Below, one piece after another: positions 1-9,323 of a DNA stretch of 64,000 bases. Where the stretch lies: positions 47,119 to 111,118 of the forward strand of contig JAHYJW010000001.1 in assembly GCA_019428815.1 (NCBI GenBank), given 5' to 3'. The notes under the pieces were generated by a model. That model was not told the origin of the DNA. It did no database searches and was given only the letters and a program-made list of their open reading frames with translations. This stretch comes from Patescibacteria group bacterium. Its GTDB lineage: Archaea > Nanobdellota > Nanobdellia > Pacearchaeales > GW2011-AR1. The position numbers were made by a program, and so were the translations under genes. The first letter of the stretch is position 1, and each line of letters opens with the position of its first letter.

Positions 1-290
1 TTTATTTCTTGACTTTTTGAAAGGTTTATTAAACGTACCTTAACATTTGAAACTAATCCTGTTTCTTCAAGAGCTAACTCAACTATCCCAATTGTTTCTT
101 CAGGATTTGTTAAAATTTCTTCAGCTAGTTTATTTGAAAATTCTGTTAATTTTGAGAAATCTAAGTGAATGACCTTTTTCCCTTTTTTGACTTCTTCGCC
201 TAACTCTTTTTTATGAAATTCAAAGAAATTCTTAGCCTCTGTCATTAATTCATCGCTTTTGGGCTTAGTTGTAGGGGCTGTTTTATCCAT
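1..290 (-). CDS. Partial CDS (N-terminal part, runs off window start); MCM helicase-like N-terminus
   Basis: Reverse-strand ATG at 290 with no stop before position 1. Translation MDKTAPTTKPKSDELMTEAKNFFEFHKKELGEEVKKGKKVIHLDFSKLTEFSNKLAEEILTNPEETIGIVELALEE...VKVRLINLS matches the general archaeal MCM N-terminal pattern (D-F-x-L-x-F-x-x-L-A-x-x-I-x-x-N-P-E, then VRIxNLP). Confidence 0.4.
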   Translation of the reverse strand, partial: MDKTAPTTKPKSDELMTEAKNFFEFHKKELGEEVKKGKKVIHLDFSKLTEFSNKLAEEILTNPEETIGIVELALEETGLVSNVKVRLINLSKSQEI

Positions 291-423
291 ATTTATAGGT
301 ATTTTGCCCCTGTTTTTATACTTTGTTATAAAAAAAAAGAAATAAGATAAGAAGGGGTTTTTATATTAACTTAAAAGTGATAGATAAAAAAGATTTATAA
401 ATACACTCTTAATCCTTAAATGT

Positions 424-834
424 ATGAAAGTTAAAAATACATTAACTGGGATTGTACTGGCGGGGGCATTAGCTTTAGGTGTGGGAGGATGTACCGCGAA
501 TCCAGATTATAATTTTGAGGGAAAAATTGGAGAAGAGCAAGTCAAATTCTTTGAAAGAAATGGATGCGATTGCTCTTTTTTTCTTGAAGTATTAAAACCA
601 AATGGAAACAAAATTAAGTATGCTTTTGATGAAAACTCTAATCTTGATTATTTTCAAATTACTGTTGGAGATTCTACCACTAAGTACAGTGCATATTCCC
701 CAAACCCTGTTGTAACTGGAATGGTTAGAAAAGCACAAAAAGAACTTGATTTTTATTTAACAAGAATAATAGACCTTGAAGCAGCTCCTTTGAATGAAAG
801 ATATTGTGATAGTCTGCGGGATTCTCTCGAATAA
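424..834 (+). CDS. Hypothetical lipoprotein/secreted protein
   Basis: N-terminal signal peptide followed by a lipobox-like ALGVGGC. No recognisable catalytic motifs. Confidence 0.4.
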   Translation: MKVKNTLTGIVLAGALALGVGGCTANPDYNFEGKIGEEQVKFFERNGCDCSFFLEVLKPNGNKIKYAFDENSNLDYFQITVGDSTTKYSAYSPNPVVTGMVRKAQKELDFYLTRIIDLEAAPLNERYCDSLRDSLE

Positions 835-1065
835 ATTATCTCCTCAAAAATTTTTCTTATAACCTCTATAATCTTTCATTTAATATCATCATCAGCTTTG
901 CATAAGGGCATCTAAATTTTTAGGATAAGAAATTGAATATTTTTGAATATAATGAGAAATTTAAGATAATTTTCTAGAACATACAATATACTTACACTTA
1001 TTTTTTATGGGGGAAATATGATTAAAATTTTATTTTTCTTAACACAAAAAATTAAACTGATTTAC

Positions 1066-1638
1066 TCACTTTTTGTAATCTTTTAGAACAGCTTTCACAT
1101 TCTTTAAAAGTTGTTCCATACTGTATTCTAGTTGCTGTTTATTCTTTGTTCCGGTACAAACAAGCTTTCCGTTACTAAATAAGAGAAATGTTGCATTTGG
1201 TTCTATTAACTTATAAACTAATCCTGGAAATTGTTCAGGTTCGTATTCTGTATTCTCCATTTCTAAAGAGAGGAAATTAAGATTTAATTTCAGATTTATC
1301 ATTCCAGAAGCAACAATATTTTGAACTGTTATTTTGGGTTTGGTTGTTATATTTACATTTATTTTTTTTAATTGTTTTATTACTTCTTGTATAACCTTTT
1401 TTACTTGGACTACGGATTTTGTTCCAGTACAGACTAGATTTCCGGAAGAGAAAACTAAAACTGCAGATTTTGGTTCTTTAATTCTTAAAACAAGTCCGGG
1501 AAATGTTTCAGGATTATATTCTGTATTTGGCTGAGTTCTTGCTAATTTTGTTAAAGGAATTGGCTTTTCTAATGAAGTTGTCGCAACAATATTTTGTATT
1601 TTATAGTTACTAGCCTCATTTGAATTTTGGGTTGTCAT
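1066..1638 (-). CDS. tbp: TATA-box binding protein (TBP)
   Basis: Two direct repeats of the TBP fold (IQNIVATT...PExFPGLVLR...SGNLVCTGTKS and VQNIVASG...PEQFPGLVYK...NGKLVCTGTKN). 190 aa is typical for archaeal TBP. Confidence 0.9.
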   Translation of the reverse strand: MTTQNSNEASNYKIQNIVATTSLEKPIPLTKLARTQPNTEYNPETFPGLVLRIKEPKSAVLVFSSGNLVCTGTKSVVQVKKVIQEVIKQLKKINVNITTKPKITVQNIVASGMINLKLNLNFLSLEMENTEYEPEQFPGLVYKLIEPNATFLLFSNGKLVCTGTKNKQQLEYSMEQLLKNVKAVLKDYKK

Positions 1639-1789
1639 TTTTATTAAAAGTATTTTATTTTTTTCAAAACAATAATAATAACAGAAAAAAGTGTTTATAA
1701 AGCTTTATAAAGCCCCTTTAAACCTCTCTTTAGAAAATTATCTCGGAATCTGAGTTTGTTGGATTAATAAAAATTTTAAATTAGAATAT

Positions 1790-2293
1790 TCAACCCATCC
1801 AATTTGAGATACCACTCCCAATTAAGTTGCTTATTATAACTACGATTGCAGTAATAAAAAGATGCTCTCCTATTACCTTTAAAGGATTATCTCCTTTAGA
1901 TACTGCTATTTTATAACTAAGTATGCTTATTAAAGAAAATCCCCAAATTATACTGATTATTAGGGCTAAGTTTAGATTGAAAGATAGAACTGGTATGACA
2001 AAAGTTAAGGCTATCAGTAACTTTGTTATAAAGGAAGAAAAAGTTAATTTCCAAACTTTCTTTTTACTAACACCTTTTTCAGACTCTTTTGAGATGTGAA
2101 TTCCAAGTGAATCAGAAAAAGCATCTGCGAATGCAATAGTTAAAATTCCTCCTAAAACAATCAGTTTGGAATGTGTGCCGTAATAAATTCCTACCATTAA
2201 ACCTAAAGTTGTTATCACCCCGGATGTTAAGCCAAAACTAACTCCAAAGTCTATTTTTTCTTTGATATTTTTCTTCTTGGTTTTTTTATCCAT
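1790..2293 (-). CDS. VIT1/CCC1-family membrane protein (putative iron/manganese transporter)
   Basis: Motifs GVSFGLTSGVITTLGLMVG and AFADAFSDSLG resemble VIT family TM signatures. Multiple TM helices. No rubrerythrin domain present. Confidence 0.45.
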   Translation of the reverse strand: MDKKTKKKNIKEKIDFGVSFGLTSGVITTLGLMVGIYYGTHSKLIVLGGILTIAFADAFSDSLGIHISKESEKGVSKKKVWKLTFSSFITKLLIALTFVIPVLSFNLNLALIISIIWGFSLISILSYKIAVSKGDNPLKVIGEHLFITAIVVIISNLIGSGISNWMG

Positions 2294-4016
2294 ATCTCCA
2301 GTTCCTTTTTTGATTTTGAAAATCTTTTTCTATTTCTTCTAGAGTTGCGACATCTTTAGGTGATCTTTCTGGCCGCAATGAAGTAAATCTTGGAAAACGA
2401 AGAGCAAAACCAGAATTATAATTCGGAGATTTCTGAATTTCTTGATAAGTTACTGAAACTACAACTTTGGGTTTTATTTTTACTTTCTTGTCTTTCTCTT
2501 GTAAAAAATAAGGTTTGAGCTTTTCAGTTAATTCTTCGAAAGATATCCCTATTCCAGTATCTGTTGTAGCCTTTTCTTTTATTCCTGTTCCCATTTTCCC
2601 TATTTCTAAAAATTCTCCTTCTTCATTTTTGCAGGATAAAATAAAACTTGAAAGCCATTCATACCTTTTTCCTTTTCCATATTCTCCTCCAGTGATAACC
2701 AAATCTAAATCTTTTTCTTCTGGCTTAATTTTTAACATATGGCCTACTCTACTCCCAGGTTGGTAATTAGACTCCAAATTCTTGAACATTACTCCCTCTT
2801 GGTTTTCTTTTAAAGCTTTTTTATAAAACTCTTTTGCTTCTTTTTCGTCAGAAGTTAGAATTTGTTTTGCACGAATTATTTGATAAGGTTTATTCTTTAC
2901 AATCTTATCTATAATCTTTGTCCTTTTTTTAAAAGGTTCATCAATTAAAGATTTTCCATCATAATAAAGAACATCAAAAACATTAACCTCTACGGGAAGT
3001 TCTTTTTGTAATCTTTCTATATCATACTTCCTTCTAATTCTTTGACTTATTTCTTGAAATGGGCGGTATTCTTTATTTTTTTTATTAAATCCAACAGCTT
3101 CAGTATCTAAAATAAAAGTGTCACCTTTCACAAAATCTTTTGTATACTCTACAACCTCTGGAAATTGTTTTGTTACGTTTTCTAATTTCCTAGTAAAAAG
3201 TTTTATTTCTTTTCCTTTTTTATGAATTAAAAGTCTAAACCCATCATATTTATACTCAACCATGCAAGGCTTACCTACAGCTTTAAATGCTTCTTCAATA
3301 GTCTTTGCTTTTTGGGCAAGCATTACTTTTATGGGTTTTCCTACCTCTAGTGTTATCTTTTTAAGATTTTTCAAATCCCCTTTTTTTACTGCATCAAATA
3401 CTATTGCGATATCATTTGAATTATCAATTGCACTCTGAATTTCTTTAACAGCTTCTGATTTTTGGTCTAATCCGAAAAAAGAGGCTGCCATTGCGTCTCT
3501 TATTGTATTCTCTTTTATTCCTATTCTTAAATCTGATAAAATAGTTCTGATTAAATACTTAGATTCTAGGGGTGAAGCAGAAGTGAGTAATTCAGTAATC
3601 AATGCAATCTTCTTCGAAACACTGCCTTTACCTTGTAACTCTGGTAATTTTCTTAGATTTTCTAAAACTTTTTTTGTTGTTAAGACACTTTTATTTAAAT
3701 TTAATGTTGACTGTTTTTTCTTTTTGGTTAAAAATTCAGAAACCTCCCCCAAATCTCCAATTTTTTTCCATTCTTGAATAACTACTTTGTTATTTATCCC
3801 AGTTGCTTTTGAAATTGCTTTTATTGCAAGTTGGCTACTTATCCCAATTTTCCTTTCATCGTAATCCGGGTATATTTCCCCTAAAAGCAAATAAATCACT
3901 TCTCTATCTTCCTGATTCAACTCTTTTAAAAAATTAGATAAAATTGAAATTTTTTCAAGTCTTTTTGTTGTATTTGCAGATTTTTCATACATATCTGCGA
4001 GTTTTTGATATTTCAT
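2286..4016 (-). CDS. lig: ATP-dependent DNA ligase
   Basis: Adenylation motif KYDGFR (KxDG). Length 576 aa and overall layout typical of archaeal Lig. Confidence 0.9.
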   Translation of the reverse strand: MKYQKLADMYEKSANTTKRLEKISILSNFLKELNQEDREVIYLLLGEIYPDYDERKIGISSQLAIKAISKATGINNKVVIQEWKKIGDLGEVSEFLTKKKKQSTLNLNKSVLTTKKVLENLRKLPELQGKGSVSKKIALITELLTSASPLESKYLIRTILSDLRIGIKENTIRDAMAASFFGLDQKSEAVKEIQSAIDNSNDIAIVFDAVKKGDLKNLKKITLEVGKPIKVMLAQKAKTIEEAFKAVGKPCMVEYKYDGFRLLIHKKGKEIKLFTRKLENVTKQFPEVVEYTKDFVKGDTFILDTEAVGFNKKNKEYRPFQEISQRIRRKYDIERLQKELPVEVNVFDVLYYDGKSLIDEPFKKRTKIIDKIVKNKPYQIIRAKQILTSDEKEAKEFYKKALKENQEGVMFKNLESNYQPGSRVGHMLKIKPEEKDLDLVITGGEYGKGKRYEWLSSFILSCKNEEGEFLEIGKMGTGIKEKATTDTGIGISFEELTEKLKPYFLQEKDKKVKIKPKVVVSVTYQEIQKSPNYNSGFALRFPRFTSLRPERSPKDVATLEEIEKDFQNQKRNWRYG

Positions 4017-4261
4017 TTTTTCTTTTTAAGATTTAATTTAATCATCTCATATATTATCGTTGTTATGAATGCAGATTTGAGAATTATGAATACTCTTTCT
4101 TTAATTAGGATACTATAAAATAAAATTAATATTCCTCCTAATAATAAAAAGGGGTAGATATAGTTCTTTTTTACGATTTTTCCTTCAGATAATAAAAATG
4201 TTCCGATTATAGTTAAAACTAAACCAAATATTGCTGCAATTTCATATGCCATCTTTTTCAA
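4013..4261 (-). CDS. Small hypothetical membrane protein
   Basis: 82 aa with two predicted TM helices. Start overlaps the ligase gene end by 4 bp. Confidence 0.3.
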   Translation of the reverse strand: MKKMAYEIAAIFGLVLTIIGTFLLSEGKIVKKNYIYPFLLLGGILILFYSILIKERVFIILKSAFITTIIYEMIKLNLKKKK

Positions 4262-4293
4262 TAGATTAAAGAATTAGTTATTTTTAAGGTTGT

Positions 4294-4866
4294 TCATTTC
4301 CCTAATCTTCCCCTTGCTCTTAAACTTGGTCTTGTCTTTATTTCCCTAGACTTTTTTCTTAAACCCCGAGATTTTTTTGCCGTACTTGTAAGTCCCCTAA
4401 GAGGTCTTTTTTTGTTCTCTGGTTTGGTAATCCAGGAAATTGTTGAATCATTTTTTATTTCTGGTCTTTTAGGATCTACTAGGATTACTTCATAAAAGTA
4501 ATGTATCCCATCTTTTCCGATCATATAAGAATTTAATACCTCGAGATTAGTATATTTTTTAGCAACTCTTTGTTCAGCAATCCATTTGTAATTCATTCTA
4601 AGATTTTTTCTTGTGTGAAGTCTTTTGCCCCTTCTTCCTTTATTGGGTCTAGGTCTTTTGTGACCGCCCCTTTTTAAGCGAATTCTAACAATTACAAATC
4701 CTACTTTGTCTTTATAACCTAAAGTTCGAGCACGGTCGATTCTTAGAGGTTTATCAACTTTTGTAATTGAATCTCCTTTTCTCCACTGAATCATTCTTTC
4801 TCTAAGAATTTTCTTGTCTGGTTTTTTCCATGCTTCTCTTATGTAGTTGTATAATCCTTTAGTCAT
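4294..4866 (-). CDS. rpl15e: 50S ribosomal protein L15e
   Basis: Characteristic RGGHKRPRPNKGRRGKR basic core and KKPDKKILRERMIQWRK N-terminus of L15e. Confidence 0.85.
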   Translation of the reverse strand: MTKGLYNYIREAWKKPDKKILRERMIQWRKGDSITKVDKPLRIDRARTLGYKDKVGFVIVRIRLKRGGHKRPRPNKGRRGKRLHTRKNLRMNYKWIAEQRVAKKYTNLEVLNSYMIGKDGIHYFYEVILVDPKRPEIKNDSTISWITKPENKKRPLRGLTSTAKKSRGLRKKSREIKTRPSLRARGRLGK

Positions 4867-4902
4867 ATTTTATTAATTGAGAAATTGGTTTTTAAAACTT
4901 AC

Positions 4903-5325
4903 CTAATTGAGATTTAAGGCTTTTATTTTACTTTCTATTTCTTTTACACGTCCAATTCTTTTTTTTATATTCTTTCCAAAGACATCTTTAATTTTCCAAT
5001 AAACTAATTTCTTTTGGTGTTCTTCTTTAAAAATATTAAAAATTGATATGGGTACGTCTTCTGCAACTACTATAATTGTATCACTCCAATTGATTAGCTT
5101 TTTTGAAATAGAACTTTGTTTTTTAGAGAATTTTATCCCAAATCTTTTTTGTACTTCATTTAAGGTTTTAATTGATTCTTTAGAAAGACTAAAATAGGGG
5201 AATATCCCTGCACTTTTGGCATGATGTTTTTGATTTTTGTATATTTTATTAAATATTGCTTCTCCAGCTTTACTTCTGAAACGATTCCATTTACACACAA
5301 ATAAGATGTTCATTTTTATAATCAT
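4903..5325 (-). CDS. Low-molecular-weight phosphotyrosine phosphatase / ArsC-like (LMW-PTP family)
   Basis: CX5R(S) P-loop: ILFVCKWNRFRS. Real start is probably the internal MNILFVC. Confidence 0.55.
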   Translation of the reverse strand: MIIKMNILFVCKWNRFRSKAGEAIFNKIYKNQKHHAKSAGIFPYFSLSKESIKTLNEVQKRFGIKFSKKQSSISKKLINWSDTIIVVAEDVPISIFNIFKEEHQKKLVYWKIKDVFGKNIKKRIGRVKEIESKIKALNLN

Positions 5326-5399
5326 GAGCCTGCACGGATTTGAACCGTGGACCCCTACCTTATCAGAGTAGTGCTCTAACCAGGCTGAGCTACAGGCTC
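5325..5399 (-). tRNA. tRNA-Ile (anticodon GAU)
   Basis: Reverse complement GAGCCTGTAGCTCAGCCTGGTTAGAGCACTACTCTGATAAGGTAGGGGTCCACGGTTCAAATCCGTGCAGGCTCA folds as a cloverleaf. 7-bp acceptor stem, anticodon loop CUGAUAA, T-loop GGTTCAAATCC. CCA is not encoded. Confidence 0.85.
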
Positions 5400-5570
5400 T
5401 TATAAATTCAATTAGAATTAAATCATTTATAAGTTTTCTGCCGATAAGTTTTTTCTAAATTTTTAATCTTGTATTTTTAATTAAAATTTAATGATGCTTT
5501 TTTAAAATTTTTAACGCATAATAGAAAAAGATTTCATAAGAGTTAAATAGCCCCTTTTTTAGAAGTTTAT

Positions 5571-7370
5571 ATGTGTGGTATTTTAGGGTATCTTGGAGAT
5601 GGTGAGACTTTATCAATTTTATTTAACGGATTAAAAAGATTAGAATACAGGGGTTACGATAGCGCAGGGATAGCTGTTTTAAACAAGCAAGACGTTTTTC
5701 TTATTAAAGATAAAGGTACAATCTCTGAAATTTGTAAACCAGAACTTTTTTCCCAAATCAATGGTCATTTGGGTATTGCTCATACAAGATGGGCTACACA
5801 TGGTGAACCAAATAAGGATAATGCTCATCCGCATTTTGATTGTAAGAAAGAGATATTCCTTGTCCATAATGGTATAATTGAGAATTATAACACTTTAAAG
5901 AGATTTTTGGAAAATAAAAACCATAAATTTATTTCTGAAACAGATTCTGAAGTTTTAGTACATTTAATTGAACATTTTTATAATGATAATCTAGAAGTTG
6001 CAGTGTCTAAAGCTTTAGCTCTTGTTGAGGGAACCTTTGGATTAATTGTCATTCACAAAAAAAATAAAGAGATGGTTATTGCTAAACGGGGCTCTCCCCT
6101 AATTATTGGTGTTGGGGAAGGGGATATATTTGTTTCTTCAGATGCCGCGGCATTGATAGAGTACACTAAAAAGGTTATTTATTTGGAAGATAATGACATA
6201 GCAGTAATACAAGAAGGAAACTATTCTATAAAAAATTTATCAGGTCAAGATGTGATAAGAGAGATTCATGAAATAAAATGGGATCTTAATCAAATTGAAA
6301 AAAAAGGTTTTAAACATTTTATGTTAAAGGAGATATTTGAACAGCCTGAATCTTTGTCTAATGTTCTGAGGGGAAGAATAAAGAACGATAAAATAAAACT
6401 AACCATCGATTTAAACCCCTCTTCTTTGTCTCGGATTATAATTACTGCTTGTGGAACCAGCTGGCATTCTGCTTTAATAGGAAAATATCTGATTGAGAAG
6501 ATTGTGGGTATTCCAGTTGAAGTTGATTATGCTTCTGAATTTAGATATAGAGACTCAATTATTAATAAAAATGATTTGGTTATTGTTTTATCCCAATCTG
6601 GAGAAACTGCAGATACTTTAGCAGCTTTAAGAAAGTCAAAATCTCGAGGTGCCCAGACTCTTGGTATTGTAAATGTTGTGGGTTCTACTATCTCTAGAGA
6701 AGTTGATTCTGGTATTTATCTACATGCTGGCCCAGAAATCGGGGTGGCAAGTACTAAAGCATTTACTTCTCAAGTTGTAACCCTTTTGTTAATCTCTTTA
6801 TTCATAAAACAAAATCAGGGTTACAAATTGGATAACATTCTCTTAAATGAAATTTTATCTTTACCTGAAAAAGTAAAAATTATTTTAGATAAACAAGATG
6901 ATATAAAAAAAATCGCTGAAATTTTTAAATCTAAGAACAATTTTCTTTATCTTGGAAGAGGAATAAACTTCCCAGTCGCACTTGAAGGTGCATTAAAACT
7001 AAAAGAGATATCTTATATACATGCTGAAGGTTATCCTGCAGCAGAAATGAAACATGGGCCAATTGCTCTTATAGACAAAGAAATGCCCGTTGTTTTTTTA
7101 GCAACAAATGGAACAGTTTTTGAAAAAATCTTAAGTAACATTGAGGAGGTAAGAGCTAGGGGCGGTAAAATAATTACTGTCACGGATCGAGAAGACGAAA
7201 GCATAAAAAGACTTTCAGATTATGTCCTTTATGTGCCTAAAACAATAGAAGAAATTTCTCCTATAATAAACTCTATCCCTTTACAACTTTTAGCATATCA
7301 CATTGCAGATCTTAAAGGATTAAATGTTGATCGCCCCCGTAATTTAGCAAAGTCTGTTACAGTTGAATGA
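5571..7370 (+). CDS. glmS: Glutamine--fructose-6-phosphate aminotransferase (GlmS)
   Basis: N-terminal MCGILGY Ntn amidotransferase Cys, followed by two SIS domains. 599 aa. Confidence 0.9.
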   Translation: MCGILGYLGDGETLSILFNGLKRLEYRGYDSAGIAVLNKQDVFLIKDKGTISEICKPELFSQINGHLGIAHTRWATHGEPNKDNAHPHFDCKKEIFLVHNGIIENYNTLKRFLENKNHKFISETDSEVLVHLIEHFYNDNLEVAVSKALALVEGTFGLIVIHKKNKEMVIAKRGSPLIIGVGEGDIFVSSDAAALIEYTKKVIYLEDNDIAVIQEGNYSIKNLSGQDVIREIHEIKWDLNQIEKKGFKHFMLKEIFEQPESLSNVLRGRIKNDKIKLTIDLNPSSLSRIIITACGTSWHSALIGKYLIEKIVGIPVEVDYASEFRYRDSIINKNDLVIVLSQSGETADTLAALRKSKSRGAQTLGIVNVVGSTISREVDSGIYLHAGPEIGVASTKAFTSQVVTLLLISLFIKQNQGYKLDNILLNEILSLPEKVKIILDKQDDIKKIAEIFKSKNNFLYLGRGINFPVALEGALKLKEISYIHAEGYPAAEMKHGPIALIDKEMPVVFLATNGTVFEKILSNIEEVRARGGKIITVTDREDESIKRLSDYVLYVPKTIEEISPIINSIPLQLLAYHIADLKGLNVDRPRNLAKSVTVE

Positions 7371-7384
7371 TTACTTCTTTAATT

Positions 7385-8089
7385 TTATTCTGCAATCTCT
7401 AATTCAAGAACAAGTTTTTCTTTTGAAAAATTGTATTCTCTTATGGGTAAGTCTAAACTAATTATCTTGTAAAAAATATGATCTTTTGCTTTGGCTTTTA
7501 TTTCAATGCTATTTTCTAGCTGAACTATAGAGATATCTTTCATCGATTTTACTCCAGGCAATCTTATTTCATAAATAATCTTATCTGAGAGTCTTCTTAT
7601 TGCGGTTTCAGGTTCTTTTTTAGGTAAACCGAGAAACTTTTTGGGGTCTATTTTTGGAAAATTAATCTCTTTGTTTTCTGTAATTTCTTTTATTTGTTTT
7701 TCTTTATCTTTAAATTTGGGTATATTCCCAAAAGAGGTGACCTTTATTTCTGGGGGTTTATTTCCAGAAGAATAAATACTTATTCCAATTCCTCCTTTTT
7801 TTCTTATTCCTTTCTTTTTATCATCCTCAAATTCTAAATCTTTTTCAGAACTAAAATCTCCTAATTTATTTAAACTATTCAAATTTTTAAAAAGAGAATT
7901 AATTAGGGTATTAAACCCCCTCGGAAGCATAAACTCTTCAGAACTAAAGTCATTTCTTCCTAAGAGCCCAAAATCATTCTCATACTCTTTTTGATGCCTT
8001 TCTTTTAAAGAAAAACCACAGTAAGGGCAGAACCTATAATCTCCTTCAATTCTTTCTCCACAATTCTTACACTTTTTCCTTTTGAACAT
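7385..8089 (-). CDS. Zinc-ribbon protein with C-terminal Hsp20/alpha-crystallin-like domain
   Basis: N-terminal CKNCG...CPYCG zinc ribbon. The C-terminus IIYEIRLPGVKSMKDISIVQLENSIEIKAKAKD...ISLDLP resembles the ACD core (LPGV-K-dI-v). Low-complexity linker between them. Confidence 0.4.
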   Translation of the reverse strand: MFKRKKCKNCGERIEGDYRFCPYCGFSLKERHQKEYENDFGLLGRNDFSSEEFMLPRGFNTLINSLFKNLNSLNKLGDFSSEKDLEFEDDKKKGIRKKGGIGISIYSSGNKPPEIKVTSFGNIPKFKDKEKQIKEITENKEINFPKIDPKKFLGLPKKEPETAIRRLSDKIIYEIRLPGVKSMKDISIVQLENSIEIKAKAKDHIFYKIISLDLPIREYNFSKEKLVLELEIAE

Positions 8090-8240
8090 AATAAAAAATA
8101 TCTTATTTTGTTTAAATAATTTTCTAAGATTTTTGGCTGTAAAATAATAAAATTTTTAGGAAACTTATAGGTTTTTTATTTTTTTGATAAAGTATCTAAT
8201 TACTTAAGAGACTTATCAAAGTACTCTTTAGAAAATACCT

Positions 8241-9116
8241 CTACAGAAAGATTATCCCCATATATTCTAATTTTTTGAATTCTATCTTCATCATTTTTTT
8301 TAGTTCATTAATTTTCATATTATCGTAAATATCCTTAGTATTAGTTTCAGGTCTTATGTCATAAAAAGAAACATACCCCGGGCTAACAACCCCCCATTTT
8401 GAGTTACCTATAATCCCGGTATTCCTATATACATTCAACAAACTTGTAAAATCTGTAAATGAGGGAATAGCAGGGAAATACCACGTTTTTCCGCGAATTT
8501 CTACTAAATCTTCATAAACTTTTACTAAATCAGATAAACTCACCTTAGAGTCTGCACCCTCATAATCCTCCCGGGAAATTTTATCTGTTTGGGTTACTTG
8601 TTTTGGATCAACATTCTTTTTTAAACTCGGATCTGGGTGAGTATGAAATAATAAAAATGGGCCATAAAATTCCTTTAATCTTACAAACCTAGAGTTGACC
8701 AATGAACATGATGAAATTAAAGCATCTGAATCCTTATGTTGAATTATTTTTTCTCCTATCCCTACCTCAACCCATTTGTTTTCTTTAGGAAAAAAAGCGT
8801 AACTTTCTTCTAAGGCACTCGTTTTTGCAATTTCTTGTAAATCACTAATCCCTCCTTTAAATGATCTATATGAAGTAAGGATTTTTGTTTCATCTGTATT
8901 TAGTTCTAATTTACTTGTGATTTGTATACTACTGCTAGGAAATAAACTATAAATTGGATCTTTTGGTTTAGGACTAGAAGAGTTAATTCCTAAGCTTATC
9001 AACGATGTAAAGACTAAGGGGGATAATTTCTTTATTAATCCTGAAGTTTTTTTCATTACTTTGTAGTGATTATTATCCTTATAAACTTTTTTATTTTTTA
9101 AAAATATTTTTGTCAT
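8241..9116 (-). CDS. Hypothetical secreted protein (downstream of CRISPR trailer)
   Basis: Internal start MKKTSGLIKKLSPLVFTSLISLG gives a signal peptide. No recognised domain. Confidence 0.4.
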   Translation of the reverse strand: MTKIFLKNKKVYKDNNHYKVMKKTSGLIKKLSPLVFTSLISLGINSSSPKPKDPIYSLFPSSSIQITSKLELNTDETKILTSYRSFKGGISDLQEIAKTSALEESYAFFPKENKWVEVGIGEKIIQHKDSDALISSCSLVNSRFVRLKEFYGPFLLFHTHPDPSLKKNVDPKQVTQTDKISREDYEGADSKVSLSDLVKVYEDLVEIRGKTWYFPAIPSFTDFTSLLNVYRNTGIIGNSKWGVVSPGYVSFYDIRPETNTKDIYDNMKINELKKMMKIEFKKLEYMGIIFL

Positions 9117-9323
9117 TTTTACCGCTATTAGAAGAATAAATTTTTTAAAGAAATTATTTAAAAATATGAAATAAGAGTCTATTCTGCGATTTCCACTTCT
9201 TGTGCTTCAATTGCTTTGTCTAATGCTTCGAAAAAGTTCTCTCCAATCCCTTCTTTTATAATTTCATACATCCATACACTTGTTAACTCTTTTCCTTCGG
9301 GATACAACTATCGTTCTTGTACA

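Noticed and set aside
2515-3777. ORFs 2515-2766 and 3583-3777 on the plus strand
   Set aside because: Antisense to the well-supported DNA ligase gene.
5400-5570. glmS ribozyme upstream of glmS
   Set aside because: This is a bacterial cis-regulatory RNA. The region is AT-rich with no conserved core or pseudoknot, and the context is archaeal.
5679-5867. 62-aa minus-strand ORF within glmS
   Set aside because: Antisense to glmS. Spurious.
8241-9116. Possible JAMM/MPN metalloprotease motif (LLFHTHPDPS)
   Set aside because: The spacing does not fit HxHx7Sx2D and there is no upstream Glu motif. Kept as a hypothetical secreted protein.
9182-9323. Short reading frame running from the array trailer toward 9182 (…SVWMYEIIKEGIGENFFEALDKAIEAQEVEIAE*)
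   Set aside because: An in-frame stop leaves only about 28 codons from the first ATG. Possibly a gene remnant, but too short to call.
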